Shown: positions 17,903 through 26,744, numbered from the stretch's first letter. The stretch: 63,381 nt of DNA from Patescibacteria group bacterium (GCA_041665085.1 JBAYJO010000005.1:1-63381), one strand, 5' to 3'. Program-made: numbers and translations. The notes: generated by a model from the letters alone, not told the origin.

Positions 17903-18436
17903 TTATTTCAATTCATACTCCCAGCCGGGTTGCCAGGACCACGGGGCGGGGATTACTTCTTCAAGTGGTTTATTTAAAATCAAATTTTCTAATCCGTATT
18001 GAGTAGCGCGATGACCGATGATCATTACTTTCTTCTCGTCGTAATTTTTAGCTAAATCATCTAGAAAACTTTTCATTTTTGCGGTTGTTTGATTATAGCT
18101 CTCACCATTTAAAAAAGGTTCATGAATTCTTTTTGGTTTTTGCTCATCTACTTCAGAGCTTGGATGGCAAGTTAAATCTCCATAGTCACACTCGCGGAGT
18201 CTTTTATCTTTAATAATTGGGAAGTCTCGATCTTTGAATGCTATTTCGGCAGTTTTATAACATCTTAATAAATCAGAGCAAAAAATTGTATCAAACTTTT
18301 CGTTCTTATATCGTTCGCCGAGTTCTTCGGATTGTTTTATCCCAAGAGGTGATAGATCTACATCATTCCAACCAGAAGATTGATGTGCTTCATTATCAAA
18401 TGTTGTACTATGCGATTCAAAAATAATTTTTACCAT
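17903..18436 (-). CDS. Histidine phosphatase (phosphoglycerate mutase-like) family protein
   Basis: IIFESHSTTFDNE...SGWNDVDLSPLGIKQSEELG and IIGHRAT align with the RHGxT..N....GW.D.PL...G..QA and xxSHG blocks. The canonical RHG reads SHS here. Confidence 0.55.
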   Translation of the reverse strand: MVKIIFESHSTTFDNEAHQSSGWNDVDLSPLGIKQSEELGERYKNEKFDTIFCSDLLRCYKTAEIAFKDRDFPIIKDKRLRECDYGDLTCHPSSEVDEQKPKRIHEPFLNGESYNQTTAKMKSFLDDLAKNYDEKKVMIIGHRATQYGLENLILNKPLEEVIPAPWSWQPGWEYELK

Positions 18437-19068
18437 GTTATACTTTCTCCATTTTTTAATATTTTCGCAATTGGACAGGTTTTGGCGAAATCGTTTACAT
18501 CAACTGGGAACATTGGACTATCATAATGAATCGGAATTGCGACTTTAGCGCCAACTGCTTCGGTGAATTTTGTTGCTTCTTCTGGATTCATTACGACTAC
18601 ACCACAAATAGGAACAAACAATATTTCTGCTTGAGGTTTTTCGTCTAGATAAAGAGTATCTCCAGGATGATAAATTCGATTATTGATAAGAAAACCAATG
18701 ACTTCTGGAATCGCACTGCCATTTGGCGGTTGGCCATGAGTTGATTTAACTCCTTTGATATTAAAATCTAGAACATTGATTTCTTGTTCAGATTCTAATA
18801 TTTCAGAATTTATATTTTCATGATCTAAAAGAGTTTTAACTGATCTATTTGTAAAAATTCTTAAGTTAGGATTGTTTTCTTTAATTATTTTGATTGCTTC
18901 TGGCTGAAAATGATCTCCATGTTCATGAGTGATTAATAAAATATCGATTTTACCCCAATTATTTGCTGAAAAATTATCGTTATAACAATAAGATCCTGGG
19001 TCAATCAGAATTTTTTTATCATTTTCTTCAATTAATATTGCAGATTGAGGGTATTTAGTGATTTTCAT
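18430..19068 (-). CDS. MBL-fold metallo-hydrolase
   Basis: The LLITHEHGDHF (HxHxDH) motif plus later H and D residues. It overlaps the downstream gene by 7 nt, suggesting an operon. Confidence 0.75.
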   Translation of the reverse strand: MKITKYPQSAILIEENDKKILIDPGSYCYNDNFSANNWGKIDILLITHEHGDHFQPEAIKIIKENNPNLRIFTNRSVKTLLDHENINSEILESEQEINVLDFNIKGVKSTHGQPPNGSAIPEVIGFLINNRIYHPGDTLYLDEKPQAEILFVPICGVVVMNPEEATKFTEAVGAKVAIPIHYDSPMFPVDVNDFAKTCPIAKILKNGESITW

Positions 19069-19152
19069 AGTTTTCCTTGATTAATTAGTTATAATTTAAC
19101 ATTTATGGGTATATTTTTCAATTATGACTCTAAACGAGAAAGGCCGTCAACA

Positions 19153-19737
19153 TTATTGTTGACGGCCTTCGGTATCGGTGCCTGTGTCAAGAGCGAGGAG
19201 ACTACTATCTCGAAGCCACTGAATCTTCGGCAGGCGGTCGGTTAGGACGGTTTTGATGATTGCCAGTCTTTCAAGATGTGGCAATGCATATGGGAAGACA
19301 TTAAGATATTCCAGCATTTCAGCTGCTGTATTCAAGACGAAGTCTTCACAACTGCGTCCTGCAGGAATTAGATCGCCTTCTACATCGCCTTCTCCGCTGA
19401 AGTAGCTCCAGCCTTCGCTCTCGGCAACAGCTTTTTGATCCTCAAAAATGCTGTGGATTTGGCGGAGTATTCTCGGAGTTTCCAAAAGGTCAGTGAATAT
19501 GACAGCGAGCGAAGGATTCGCTTGCAGTTCATCCATGATTCGTTCGCATATTGTCTTGATCTTTGCGATTGGTCTTTCGAGTTGCTCTTCAAGCTGGTGG
19601 GGATCTGTTTGCTTGGCGAAGCACTCATCGTACACCATTCGCACATATTGTCTTTGTTGGTGCCTCTTCCAGAAGTACCAAACGGCGGCCATGATGACTT
19701 CCTGGTCGCGCAGAGGGATCTGATCTATTCGGTTCAT
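19153..19737 (-). CDS. Hypothetical protein (GC-rich islet 3)
   Basis: 194 aa with an SD (gaggagg), a canonical promoter upstream and the hairpin aaggccgtcaaca-ttat-tgttgacggcctt downstream. I recognise no family. Confidence 0.55.
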   Translation of the reverse strand: MNRIDQIPLRDQEVIMAAVWYFWKRHQQRQYVRMVYDECFAKQTDPHQLEEQLERPIAKIKTICERIMDELQANPSLAVIFTDLLETPRILRQIHSIFEDQKAVAESEGWSYFSGEGDVEGDLIPAGRSCEDFVLNTAAEMLEYLNVFPYALPHLERLAIIKTVLTDRLPKIQWLRDSSLLALDTGTDTEGRQQ

Positions 19738-19767
19738 TCTGGTCGCCTCCTCAAGAAAAGATAGTTC

Positions 19768-19796
19768 ATTATAGTATAAAATCGCTGTTTTGTCAA
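19768..19796 (-). promoter_or_regulatory. Canonical sigma70-type promoter for 19153-19737
   Basis: On the minus strand: TTGACA (19796-19791), a 17-nt spacer, TATAAT (19773-19768). Confidence 0.55.
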
Positions 19797-19982
19797 TAAT
19801 TTATAAGATTAATATTTGTTAAGCGACTATTATTGTTTATGTTTTTTAATTATAAATTTGTTTTTTAGGTTAGCTCTTGGTATGATGGGGTCAAGCTGGA
19901 GGCATATGGTTTGCCGATGGTTAGAGGGCTAATGGTGGCTCTCGAAAACTCTGCCGTATAGTTCGGCAAAGGAGATGATTCA

Positions 19983-20807
19983 GTGATGAGTGAAAAGAAA
20001 AAGAGGAATCTCTCGGAGAGGGCAAAGTCTAGCCTTGAAACATATCTGTCGATAGGCTCGGAAGAGGAGAGAAATAAGGTCTTGATTTCTCCTCGATTTC
20101 TCGAGTCTACCAAAGGGTGGTTGGAGAGTGAGTACTTTGACTTTTGCGATGAGGCGATCAATCGATATCCTCACAACTCACAAGGTCAGAATCTGGTGAT
20201 GTTTTGCCAGTCTATTATGAAGGCTGACTATCTCCATCTCGAGCGGAATATACCCGTTCGCTTCGCAGAGTATTTGATAGATCGTCTGACGAGACTCGTG
20301 AAGTGGGAAGACGAAGAAGAACCCGAACCTGATACCTGCGATCTGTTGCCGGTAGCGAAATGGCTTTACGGCTTGCTTGTCCAGCATCCACCAAGTGTGG
20401 GCAAAGTCAGTACTTTCATCAGGCTTTGCGGTGAGACGCTTGATATCTTCTGGGTTGATAACTACTGCCGCCGACAGATCTCTACAAGTGTTGGGTGGGA
20501 GCGTAGTTTCCGTAACTTACTAAGCAACGGCATGATTGATCGTAGCCCTGGGGATGAGGGTTTCTGGGATGTGTGGAATCTTGCATGTGGCTGTTATCTT
20601 GACCAGTCAAATCCCGAGCACTATTCTCGAGAGCGGCTGTTAATGGATAAACTTACTATCATGAAGTGGAGAGATATGATCGTTTATCCTGACGGATTGC
20701 AGTTGGCAAAGAGCTGTATTGAGGAGCTTGACGGGATAATCGGCAGGAATAAGACGATTGATTTACTGCATCTAAACGGTTGGCCGTCTAAGTTTGATCC
20801 GAAGTAA
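19983..20807 (+). CDS. Hypothetical protein (GC-rich islet 4)
   Basis: 274 aa, W/C/E-rich and soluble-looking. It has a GC-rich leader of about 120 nt (19860-19982) with aaaggag, and the hairpin atccccgggtg...cactcggggat downstream. Confidence 0.55.
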   Translation: MMSEKKKRNLSERAKSSLETYLSIGSEEERNKVLISPRFLESTKGWLESEYFDFCDEAINRYPHNSQGQNLVMFCQSIMKADYLHLERNIPVRFAEYLIDRLTRLVKWEDEEEPEPDTCDLLPVAKWLYGLLVQHPPSVGKVSTFIRLCGETLDIFWVDNYCRRQISTSVGWERSFRNLLSNGMIDRSPGDEGFWDVWNLACGCYLDQSNPEHYSRERLLMDKLTIMKWRDMIVYPDGLQLAKSCIEELDGIIGRNKTIDLLHLNGWPSKFDPK

Positions 20808-21064
20808 GGAGGGATGACTTGATCCCCGGGTGTGTATGCACTCGGGGATTTCGCTTTTTATATCTAGCAGATTTTTCACCATTTTTGTTTTTTCAATTTT
20901 ATTGTTTATTTTTTTTATTTATTGCTTCTAATTTAGTATTTTTAGGTATTTTTTAATTTATCAGTTGATTATTTATATATTTTTATGTATTAATACAGTT
21001 AGTACCTGCAATACGGCTGCTGGCTCCGTTATGACCAGCTACTTTTGCCTTGGAGGCTACTGTA

Positions 21065-21970
21065 ATGGAAAAAGCAAGTTTCGATGAGTTGCAACAGATG
21101 TATCCACCGATCATTGAGCTTAGGCCTGAACGATTCGGACCGGAAGGACAGGTAGCGATCGGCACACTGATTGGATGCGAGGATGATGGCAATCTTGTCA
21201 TTTGGTCCAAGCAGCAAATGCCGACTTATGTTGGTTGTAGTGAAGAGAGCTGTCTTCAGCGAGCAGCTCTAATCGATTTCGGCAGGTTTCTGGGAGATAA
21301 GGTACGAGGTTGGTCACAGTCCAAAATGTTCAGTACTCTTCTCACTAAACAAGGAGAAGCGGATTTAGGGCCACTCATGGTCTGCAACATCATCCGTGAC
21401 TGCATTCGAAGGCGATATGGCAGTGTACTGAATCAGTCGGATGAAACTACTTCGATTCTCCTGCCTGTTCCAGGTCAACTTCGAGAATACTGCGAAGTAG
21501 TTGGATATCGGTTTGAATGTGGTAACCGAGAAAAACATCTTGAACACCGTGCTTACTTCACTCTCTCGCCGGATGCCGATTTGGAATGCTTGCCGGCTTA
21601 CTCTGATCTTCGTGATTATGCGCAGGAAGTGCGTGTTCGCGGTTTGGTCGGTCGCTCTTTCAATCGGTCCGGCAGAGACAACGAGGGTTTCTGCGTCACA
21701 CCTCTTTCGTCTAGTCAAGCACGGATGGTTCAGCTTCGCGTGGCTGCCGAAAGAACGTATCCACGTACTCTCAAGATGCTGCAAGCCATTCAGAAAGCAG
21801 AAGAAACTGACGAAGGAATAGTACAGACTATTCGTGACCAGGGTGTTATTCGCTTTTGGGGGATGAATGAAGTGGAAGACCGTGAGCCAAACATGGAGGA
21901 ATTCTGGGCCATGTGCCGGTATCTTGGTATGTGCTTCACATCCAACGAGCGGTCCGTAATAATGACTTGA
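21065..21970 (+). CDS. Hypothetical protein (GC-rich islet 5)
   Basis: The ATG follows GGAGG (21052-21056). The product is 301 aa and the hairpin tgtggcgtgtcc-ttcg-ggatgcgccaca lies downstream. A roughly 200-nt, extremely T-rich spacer separates it from islet 4. Confidence 0.55.
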   Translation: MEKASFDELQQMYPPIIELRPERFGPEGQVAIGTLIGCEDDGNLVIWSKQQMPTYVGCSEESCLQRAALIDFGRFLGDKVRGWSQSKMFSTLLTKQGEADLGPLMVCNIIRDCIRRRYGSVLNQSDETTSILLPVPGQLREYCEVVGYRFECGNREKHLEHRAYFTLSPDADLECLPAYSDLRDYAQEVRVRGLVGRSFNRSGRDNEGFCVTPLSSSQARMVQLRVAAERTYPRTLKMLQAIQKAEETDEGIVQTIRDQGVIRFWGMNEVEDREPNMEEFWAMCRYLGMCFTSNERSVIMT

Positions 21971-22110
21971 GTCAGGTCCTCAATCAGTATGACTATGTGG
22001 CGTGTCCTTCGGGATGCGCCACAGTTTGTTTGTTATAAAATTGTATTATTTCCCAAATATATTTTTAGAATTTGTGATATAATGACAGTGTAAATAAAGA
22101 AAGGAGAACT

Positions 22111-22578
22111 ATGGCTAGTAGCAGGAAGTTATATCGTTCCAAGACAGATCGAGTATTGTTTGGAGTTTGTGGCGGCATTGGAGAATATTTAGATATTGAT
22201 CCAGTTATAATTCGTTTGATATTTGTGATTTTAACTATTTGGGGCGGAGTTGGCATCTTACTATATATAATTGCGATTTTTGTAATTCCTGAAGAATTGG
22301 GTAGCGGAGTAGAAAAAGACGGAAAAGATACAAAAGAAGAAATTCGCGAAAAAGTTGAAGAATTTGCCAGTGGAATAAAATCCGCTGTTCAAGATCATAA
22401 GTCTTATCGTCGAGGTAGCAGGCCAGATGTTATTTTCGGGATTGTTATAATTGTGCTTGGTTTGATGTTTTTGGCTGGTAATTTATTTTCATGGCTTGGG
22501 ATCTGGAAACTTTGGCCAATTATATTAATAATTATTGGACTTGGTATTTTGTCAGGTTCAGGTAAGGACAAGAAATAA
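22111..22578 (+). CDS. PspC domain-containing membrane protein
   Basis: LYRSKTDRVLFGVCGGIGEYLDIDPVIIRLIFVILTIWGGVGILLYIIAIFVIPEE is a textbook PspC domain. It has an SD (aaaggag). Confidence 0.85.
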   Translation: MASSRKLYRSKTDRVLFGVCGGIGEYLDIDPVIIRLIFVILTIWGGVGILLYIIAIFVIPEELGSGVEKDGKDTKEEIREKVEEFASGIKSAVQDHKSYRRGSRPDVIFGIVIIVLGLMFLAGNLFSWLGIWKLWPIILIIIGLGILSGSGKDKK

Positions 22579-22579
22579 T

Positions 22580-23470
22580 ATGAAATGGTTTTGGGGCCTT
22601 TTAATTTTAATTATTGGAGTTTTGATTCTTGGAAACAATCTTTCGATTTGGACAGCTTCGGATATTGAAAGGTTGTTTGTATTGTGGCCATTGCTTTTGA
22701 TTTTGTTTGGAATTTCTCTTATGGCGAGAAACTGGAAGATGGGTTGGCTTGTGATTTTAGCGGCATTTTGGGGAGCAGCCATATTTGTTTATTTTGCTTT
22801 AATTACTCCTGAAAAACTCGGGATCGAAGATGTTGCGTTAAAAACAACCAGCGAAGATAATTTTTCTGTTGACGCTAGAAGCGGAACAAGTAAAGCAAAA
22901 GTTACTATTAAAACAGGAGCAATAAAACTCGATTTGCACGGCGGGTCAGATAAATTGATTGAAGGACAGATGGTTTCAAATTACGCCAGTCCCGAGGTTA
23001 GCGTGAGTTCGTCAAATGGAGTGACGGAAGCTGAAATTGTGACGAAAAATAAATCGGTTGCAATTGGCAGAGGCAAAAATAATTTAGAATTAAGCTTAAA
23101 TGAAAAAATCCCATTTGATGTAAATATTGATTCAGGCGCTTCGGTTTTGGATCTTGATTTTAGCGATATTGTGTTGCAATCGCTTGATTTAAATTCGGGT
23201 GCTTCAACGCTTGATATTAAAGTGGGCGATAAGGTAAAAGATGGAGCAAACATGACAATTGCTTCAGGAGTCTCAAAAATTACTATTATAGTTCCGTCAG
23301 GACTTGGTGTTGAAATGAAAGCAACCACGCCGCTTTCAACAAAGGATTTTTCCGGTTTTTCGAGTAAAGGAGAAGGAATTTATCAAAGTGATGGATATGA
23401 TGCATCAAGTAAAAAAATTAAAATTAATATAACTGCCGGAGTTTCAACTATTAAGCTAATTACGAAATAA
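22580..23470 (+). CDS. LiaF-like / toast-rack (DUF4097-type) membrane protein
   Basis: N-terminal TM helices (MKWFWGLLILIIGVLILGNNL) are followed by a repetitive beta-rich domain (ldl..gas.l.i.). It starts 2 nt after the pspC-domain gene stop. Confidence 0.45.
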   Translation: MKWFWGLLILIIGVLILGNNLSIWTASDIERLFVLWPLLLILFGISLMARNWKMGWLVILAAFWGAAIFVYFALITPEKLGIEDVALKTTSEDNFSVDARSGTSKAKVTIKTGAIKLDLHGGSDKLIEGQMVSNYASPEVSVSSSNGVTEAEIVTKNKSVAIGRGKNNLELSLNEKIPFDVNIDSGASVLDLDFSDIVLQSLDLNSGASTLDIKVGDKVKDGANMTIASGVSKITIIVPSGLGVEMKATTPLSTKDFSGFSSKGEGIYQSDGYDASSKKIKINITAGVSTIKLITK

Positions 23471-23545
23471 TATTATCTAAGTTCTAAAAAACAGGAGCCG
23501 TCGAGATTACTCAACGGCAAGATTAGATCGTCCTTTTCCTAGTCG

Positions 23546-23995
23546 TTAGTTGGGACGATTTCGACTTTGGAAGAGGATATCGGGGAATGTTGCTGGTTCA
23601 GACGGTGAAGCTGCTTCTTGGCGATTGCCAAAGTGTATGGCTGCAGCGATGATGTTGAATACTATTGCTGCAACATCACTTTGGACATTGATGGCAGTTG
23701 GTACATCGAATTCCGTTGCGTGTACCACTTCATCACCAACTTTGAATAGATCTGTCAAATTGGTTCCGCAGCTTATTCCCGATTTCAGACTGAAGTAAGG
23801 AAGTCCTTTTCCATTTTCAGCCTGTTCACGAGTTGCCCAAAGATCGAGTAGCGAGTATTGGTCATTTTCTCGTATTGATAACCAGTAATTGCCAGCGATC
23901 GTTTTGGCTATCGACAAACCGGGGCGGATTTCTTCTGGATCTTTGCCCAGTTCATAGAAGATAGCTAGTGGGAGCAGTCCTTCTTGACTATCCAT
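23546..23995 (-). CDS. Hypothetical protein (GC-rich islet 6)
   Basis: 149 aa with a structured leader of about 140 nt. The promoter-like site is TTGACA-17-TACTAT (24164-24136, minus strand), with GGGGTTG in the spacer. A hairpin lies downstream (gccgtcgag...ctcaacggc). Confidence 0.5.
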   Translation of the reverse strand: MDSQEGLLPLAIFYELGKDPEEIRPGLSIAKTIAGNYWLSIRENDQYSLLDLWATREQAENGKGLPYFSLKSGISCGTNLTDLFKVGDEVVHATEFDVPTAINVQSDVAAIVFNIIAAAIHFGNRQEAASPSEPATFPDILFQSRNRPN

Positions 23996-24199
23996 TTTGT
24001 GACACCTCTTGTGTATATGGAGGGGGTCTCCCCAGCGGAGGGAGACCCGGAGACCATGAAGTTATTCGCGAGCATTTTTTAGCACGACATTTCTGCAGCT
24101 CGCTTCGTGCTACTTGTGAGCATCCCAGTAACTAAATAGTAGTAAACAACCCCTTTTCTGTCAATAGCTTGTTTACTTTTTTTTTGCTAAGATCAAATT

Positions 24200-25417
24200 A
24201 TGAGAATAATAGCTGATTTACATATTCATTCAAGATTTGCTCGGGCAACGAGCAAATATTTATCTATTCCTGAAATTGCTAAATGGGCAAATATTAAAGG
24301 TATTAATCTAATTGGAACTGGAGATTTTACTCATCCAAAATGGTTTGCCGAAATTGAAGAATATTTAACGATAAATGCAAATGGGTTTTATAGCTTAAAA
24401 TCAGGTGAATATCCTGAAGTATTTTTTGTGCCTCAAGCAGAAATTGCCTCGATTTATACTCAAGGCGGGAAGTGTAGGAGAATTCATACGATTGTAATAA
24501 TGCCGACTCTTAAATCAGTTAAAAAATTTAATGAAATGTTAGGTACTAGGGCAAATTTGTATTCTGATGGTCGACCTATAACCGGAGTTCCGGCAAAATA
24601 TATTGCAAAAATGGCGATTGAAGCAGATCCAAAAAGTCTAATTGTGCCAGCGCATATTTGGACGCCGTGGTTTGCGGTTCTTGGATCAAAATCGGGTTTT
24701 GATTCGATTGAGGAATGTTTTGAAGAAGAAGCAAAAAATATTTATGCGGTTGAGACCGGGATTTCATCAGATTTAATGATGAATTGGCAACTTTCAATGC
24801 TTGATAAATTTACTTTGCTTTCCAATTCGGATGCACATTCTGTTGCTAATTTGGGACGTGAGGCCAATGTTTTTGAAATTTCAGAGAATGATTTTTCATG
24901 TGATGAGATATTTAGAATTATAAAAGAAAAAGACGCTAGTAAATTTAAATATACGATTGAATATTTTCCAGATGAGGGAATGTATCACTATGACGGGCAT
25001 CGTGCGTGTGGCGAGGGGATCAGGATGGCGCCGGAAGAATCTAAAAAAATAAATAAGATCTGTCCTGTTTGTGGAAAAGAAATGACAATCGGTGTGATGC
25101 ATCGAGTGATGGATTTGGCGGATCGGAAATATGGTTTTGTGCCTAATGGTGCAACCGGGCAAAAAAAGTTTATGCCGCTTGATGAGATAATTTCAAAATC
25201 GATCGGTAAGGGAGAGAAGACGAAGACTGTTCAGGAAATTTATAATAAATTTATTGATAAATTTGGGGCGGAATATCCATTGCTTTTAGATACTGATATT
25301 ATAGAATTGAAGAAAGTTGACGAGCGAGTTGGCGAGGCGATTTTGAAAGTGAGAAAAGGAGAGCTTAAAATCGAGCCCGGATATGATGGGACATATGGAG
25401 TGGTGGAGATAAGATAA
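24200..25417 (+). CDS. Endonuclease Q-like PHP-domain nuclease
   Basis: DLHIHSRFARATSK, NLIGTGDFTHP, LSNSDAHS..LGRE, the zinc finger CPVCGKEMTIGVMHRV and the C-terminal PGYDGTYG all parallel archaeal/Bacillus EndoQ (the TIGR00375 family). Confidence 0.75.
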   Translation: MRIIADLHIHSRFARATSKYLSIPEIAKWANIKGINLIGTGDFTHPKWFAEIEEYLTINANGFYSLKSGEYPEVFFVPQAEIASIYTQGGKCRRIHTIVIMPTLKSVKKFNEMLGTRANLYSDGRPITGVPAKYIAKMAIEADPKSLIVPAHIWTPWFAVLGSKSGFDSIEECFEEEAKNIYAVETGISSDLMMNWQLSMLDKFTLLSNSDAHSVANLGREANVFEISENDFSCDEIFRIIKEKDASKFKYTIEYFPDEGMYHYDGHRACGEGIRMAPEESKKINKICPVCGKEMTIGVMHRVMDLADRKYGFVPNGATGQKKFMPLDEIISKSIGKGEKTKTVQEIYNKFIDKFGAEYPLLLDTDIIELKKVDERVGEAILKVRKGELKIEPGYDGTYGVVEIR

Positions 25418-25423
25418 ATAAAT

Positions 25424-25527
25424 AACCAAGATACAAGTTACAACCCGTCTCGACAAGGCGTAGCCGAGGCGGATAATCAGTAAATATTCAATATCAAATA
25501 TCCAATGTTTGTATCTTGTTTCTTGGT
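25424..25527 (+). repeat. Intergenic hairpin related to the 16S/23S insertion modules
   Basis: The arms are aaccaagatacaagttacaac and gtttgtatcttgtttcttggt, with atattcaatatcaaatatccaa inside. It shares strings with 1461-1590 and 11421-11550 (atattcaa, tttgtatcttgt, ccaag.a.caa). Confidence 0.5.
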
Positions 25528-25554
25528 AATTGATTATTGCGACGAAAGGACCTA

Positions 25555-26676
25555 ATGCCGGAATTACCTGAAGTTGAGACAATAAAAAGAGGTTTACGAA
25601 AAGTTATCATTGGTAAAAAAATAACTTGTTTTGAGAATCTGGATCCAAAGATTATTAAGTTTGAGCCGAAAGATGTTGAAGGAATATATATTTTCGATAT
25701 TGAGCGAAAGGCGAAGATGCTTGCGTTTTATTTATCTCGCGATGTCATTCCAGCCCATTCGGCAGGCTCAGGGCAGGCTCCGGCTGGAATCCAGGAGAAT
25801 AAAAATGGATCCCCGATGTCGGAGCGCTTTTCTTTTGACTCGAGGATGACAGCCACAGGGAATGATAAAATTATTCTTTGCCATCTTAAAATGACGGGGC
25901 AGTTAATTTGGGAGGCTTATGCGGGTGAAACTGAATTTTGCCTTAAAAAAAGGAGAGGCCTTTCGACAGAGCTTTCGTTCGAGTCTGAGCCTGATGGCTC
26001 ATCCTTCAGAGTTGAAGACAGGGCGACTACCCAGAGAGTAGTCGGCGGATATCCAAGTGCTGATTGTCTGCCCGCAGAAGCTAAAGCGCAGGCGGGGGTA
26101 AATAAATTACCAAGCGCTTACACCCGAGCGATTATTCATTTTGATGATGATTCGGTATTATTTTTTAATGATTTGCGGCGATTTGGGTATATGAAACTTT
26201 ATGACAGCAAAGATTTAAGCGAGATAGCGGAACTAAAAAAACTTGGGCCAGAACCTTTTTCGGATAAATTTACAGTTGATTATTTAATGAGGCGAGCTAC
26301 TAAAATTCCAAATAGAAAAATTAAACAATTTATTACAGATCAAGAGATAATTTCCGGAGTGGGGAATATTTATGTTGATGAAGCACTTTTTTATGCTGGT
26401 ATTTTACCTACAAGACTGGTTAAAGAAATTAAACTGTCGGAGTGGCAGAAAATTCGAGAGTCTATTTTGAAAGCACTGGAGCTTGGAATAAAATATGGCG
26501 GTTCGTCTGAAGATACTTATGTTGATGCTTTTGGAAATCAGGGCACAATGAGCGAGCATACTAAGGTTTATCGCAGGACTGGTCAAGCTTGTCAACGAGA
26601 AGGTTGTGAGGGAATAGTAAAAAGGATAACTCTTGGTGGTCGTGGGACACACTTTTGCCCCGAGTGTCAGAAATAA
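25555..26676 (+). CDS. mutM: Formamidopyrimidine-DNA glycosylase with two in-frame insertions
   Basis: MPELPEVE is the N terminus (a catalytic Pro2). Other landmarks are ERKAKML, HLKMTG, NDLRRFG, LGPEP, ISGVGNIY and the C-terminal CxxC...CxxC zinc finger. The product is 373 aa against about 270 aa for canonical Fpg. Confidence 0.9.
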   Translation: MPELPEVETIKRGLRKVIIGKKITCFENLDPKIIKFEPKDVEGIYIFDIERKAKMLAFYLSRDVIPAHSAGSGQAPAGIQENKNGSPMSERFSFDSRMTATGNDKIILCHLKMTGQLIWEAYAGETEFCLKKRRGLSTELSFESEPDGSSFRVEDRATTQRVVGGYPSADCLPAEAKAQAGVNKLPSAYTRAIIHFDDDSVLFFNDLRRFGYMKLYDSKDLSEIAELKKLGPEPFSDKFTVDYLMRRATKIPNRKIKQFITDQEIISGVGNIYVDEALFYAGILPTRLVKEIKLSEWQKIRESILKALELGIKYGGSSEDTYVDAFGNQGTMSEHTKVYRRTGQACQREGCEGIVKRITLGGRGTHFCPECQK

Positions 26677-26744
26677 TAATAATGTTTTTAAAACGTGAAG
26701 ACCGCCCGTACAATTGTACGGGCGGTCTAGTTGTTCGAGATCTT

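Noticed and set aside
19380-19764. Overlapping alternative-frame and antisense ORFs in the GC-rich islets (19380-19646, 19435-19764, 19448-19723; likewise 5824-6398, 19865-20387, 21365-21821, 23550-23798, 26655-27429)
   Set aside because: Stop codons are rare in GC-richer sequence, so long shadow ORFs are expected. Only the annotated frame in each islet has an SD, promoter and terminator in the right geometry.
25631-25849. A 72-aa alternative-frame ORF within fpg
   Set aside because: It lies inside the fpg reading frame and insertion block 1. It has no independent signals.
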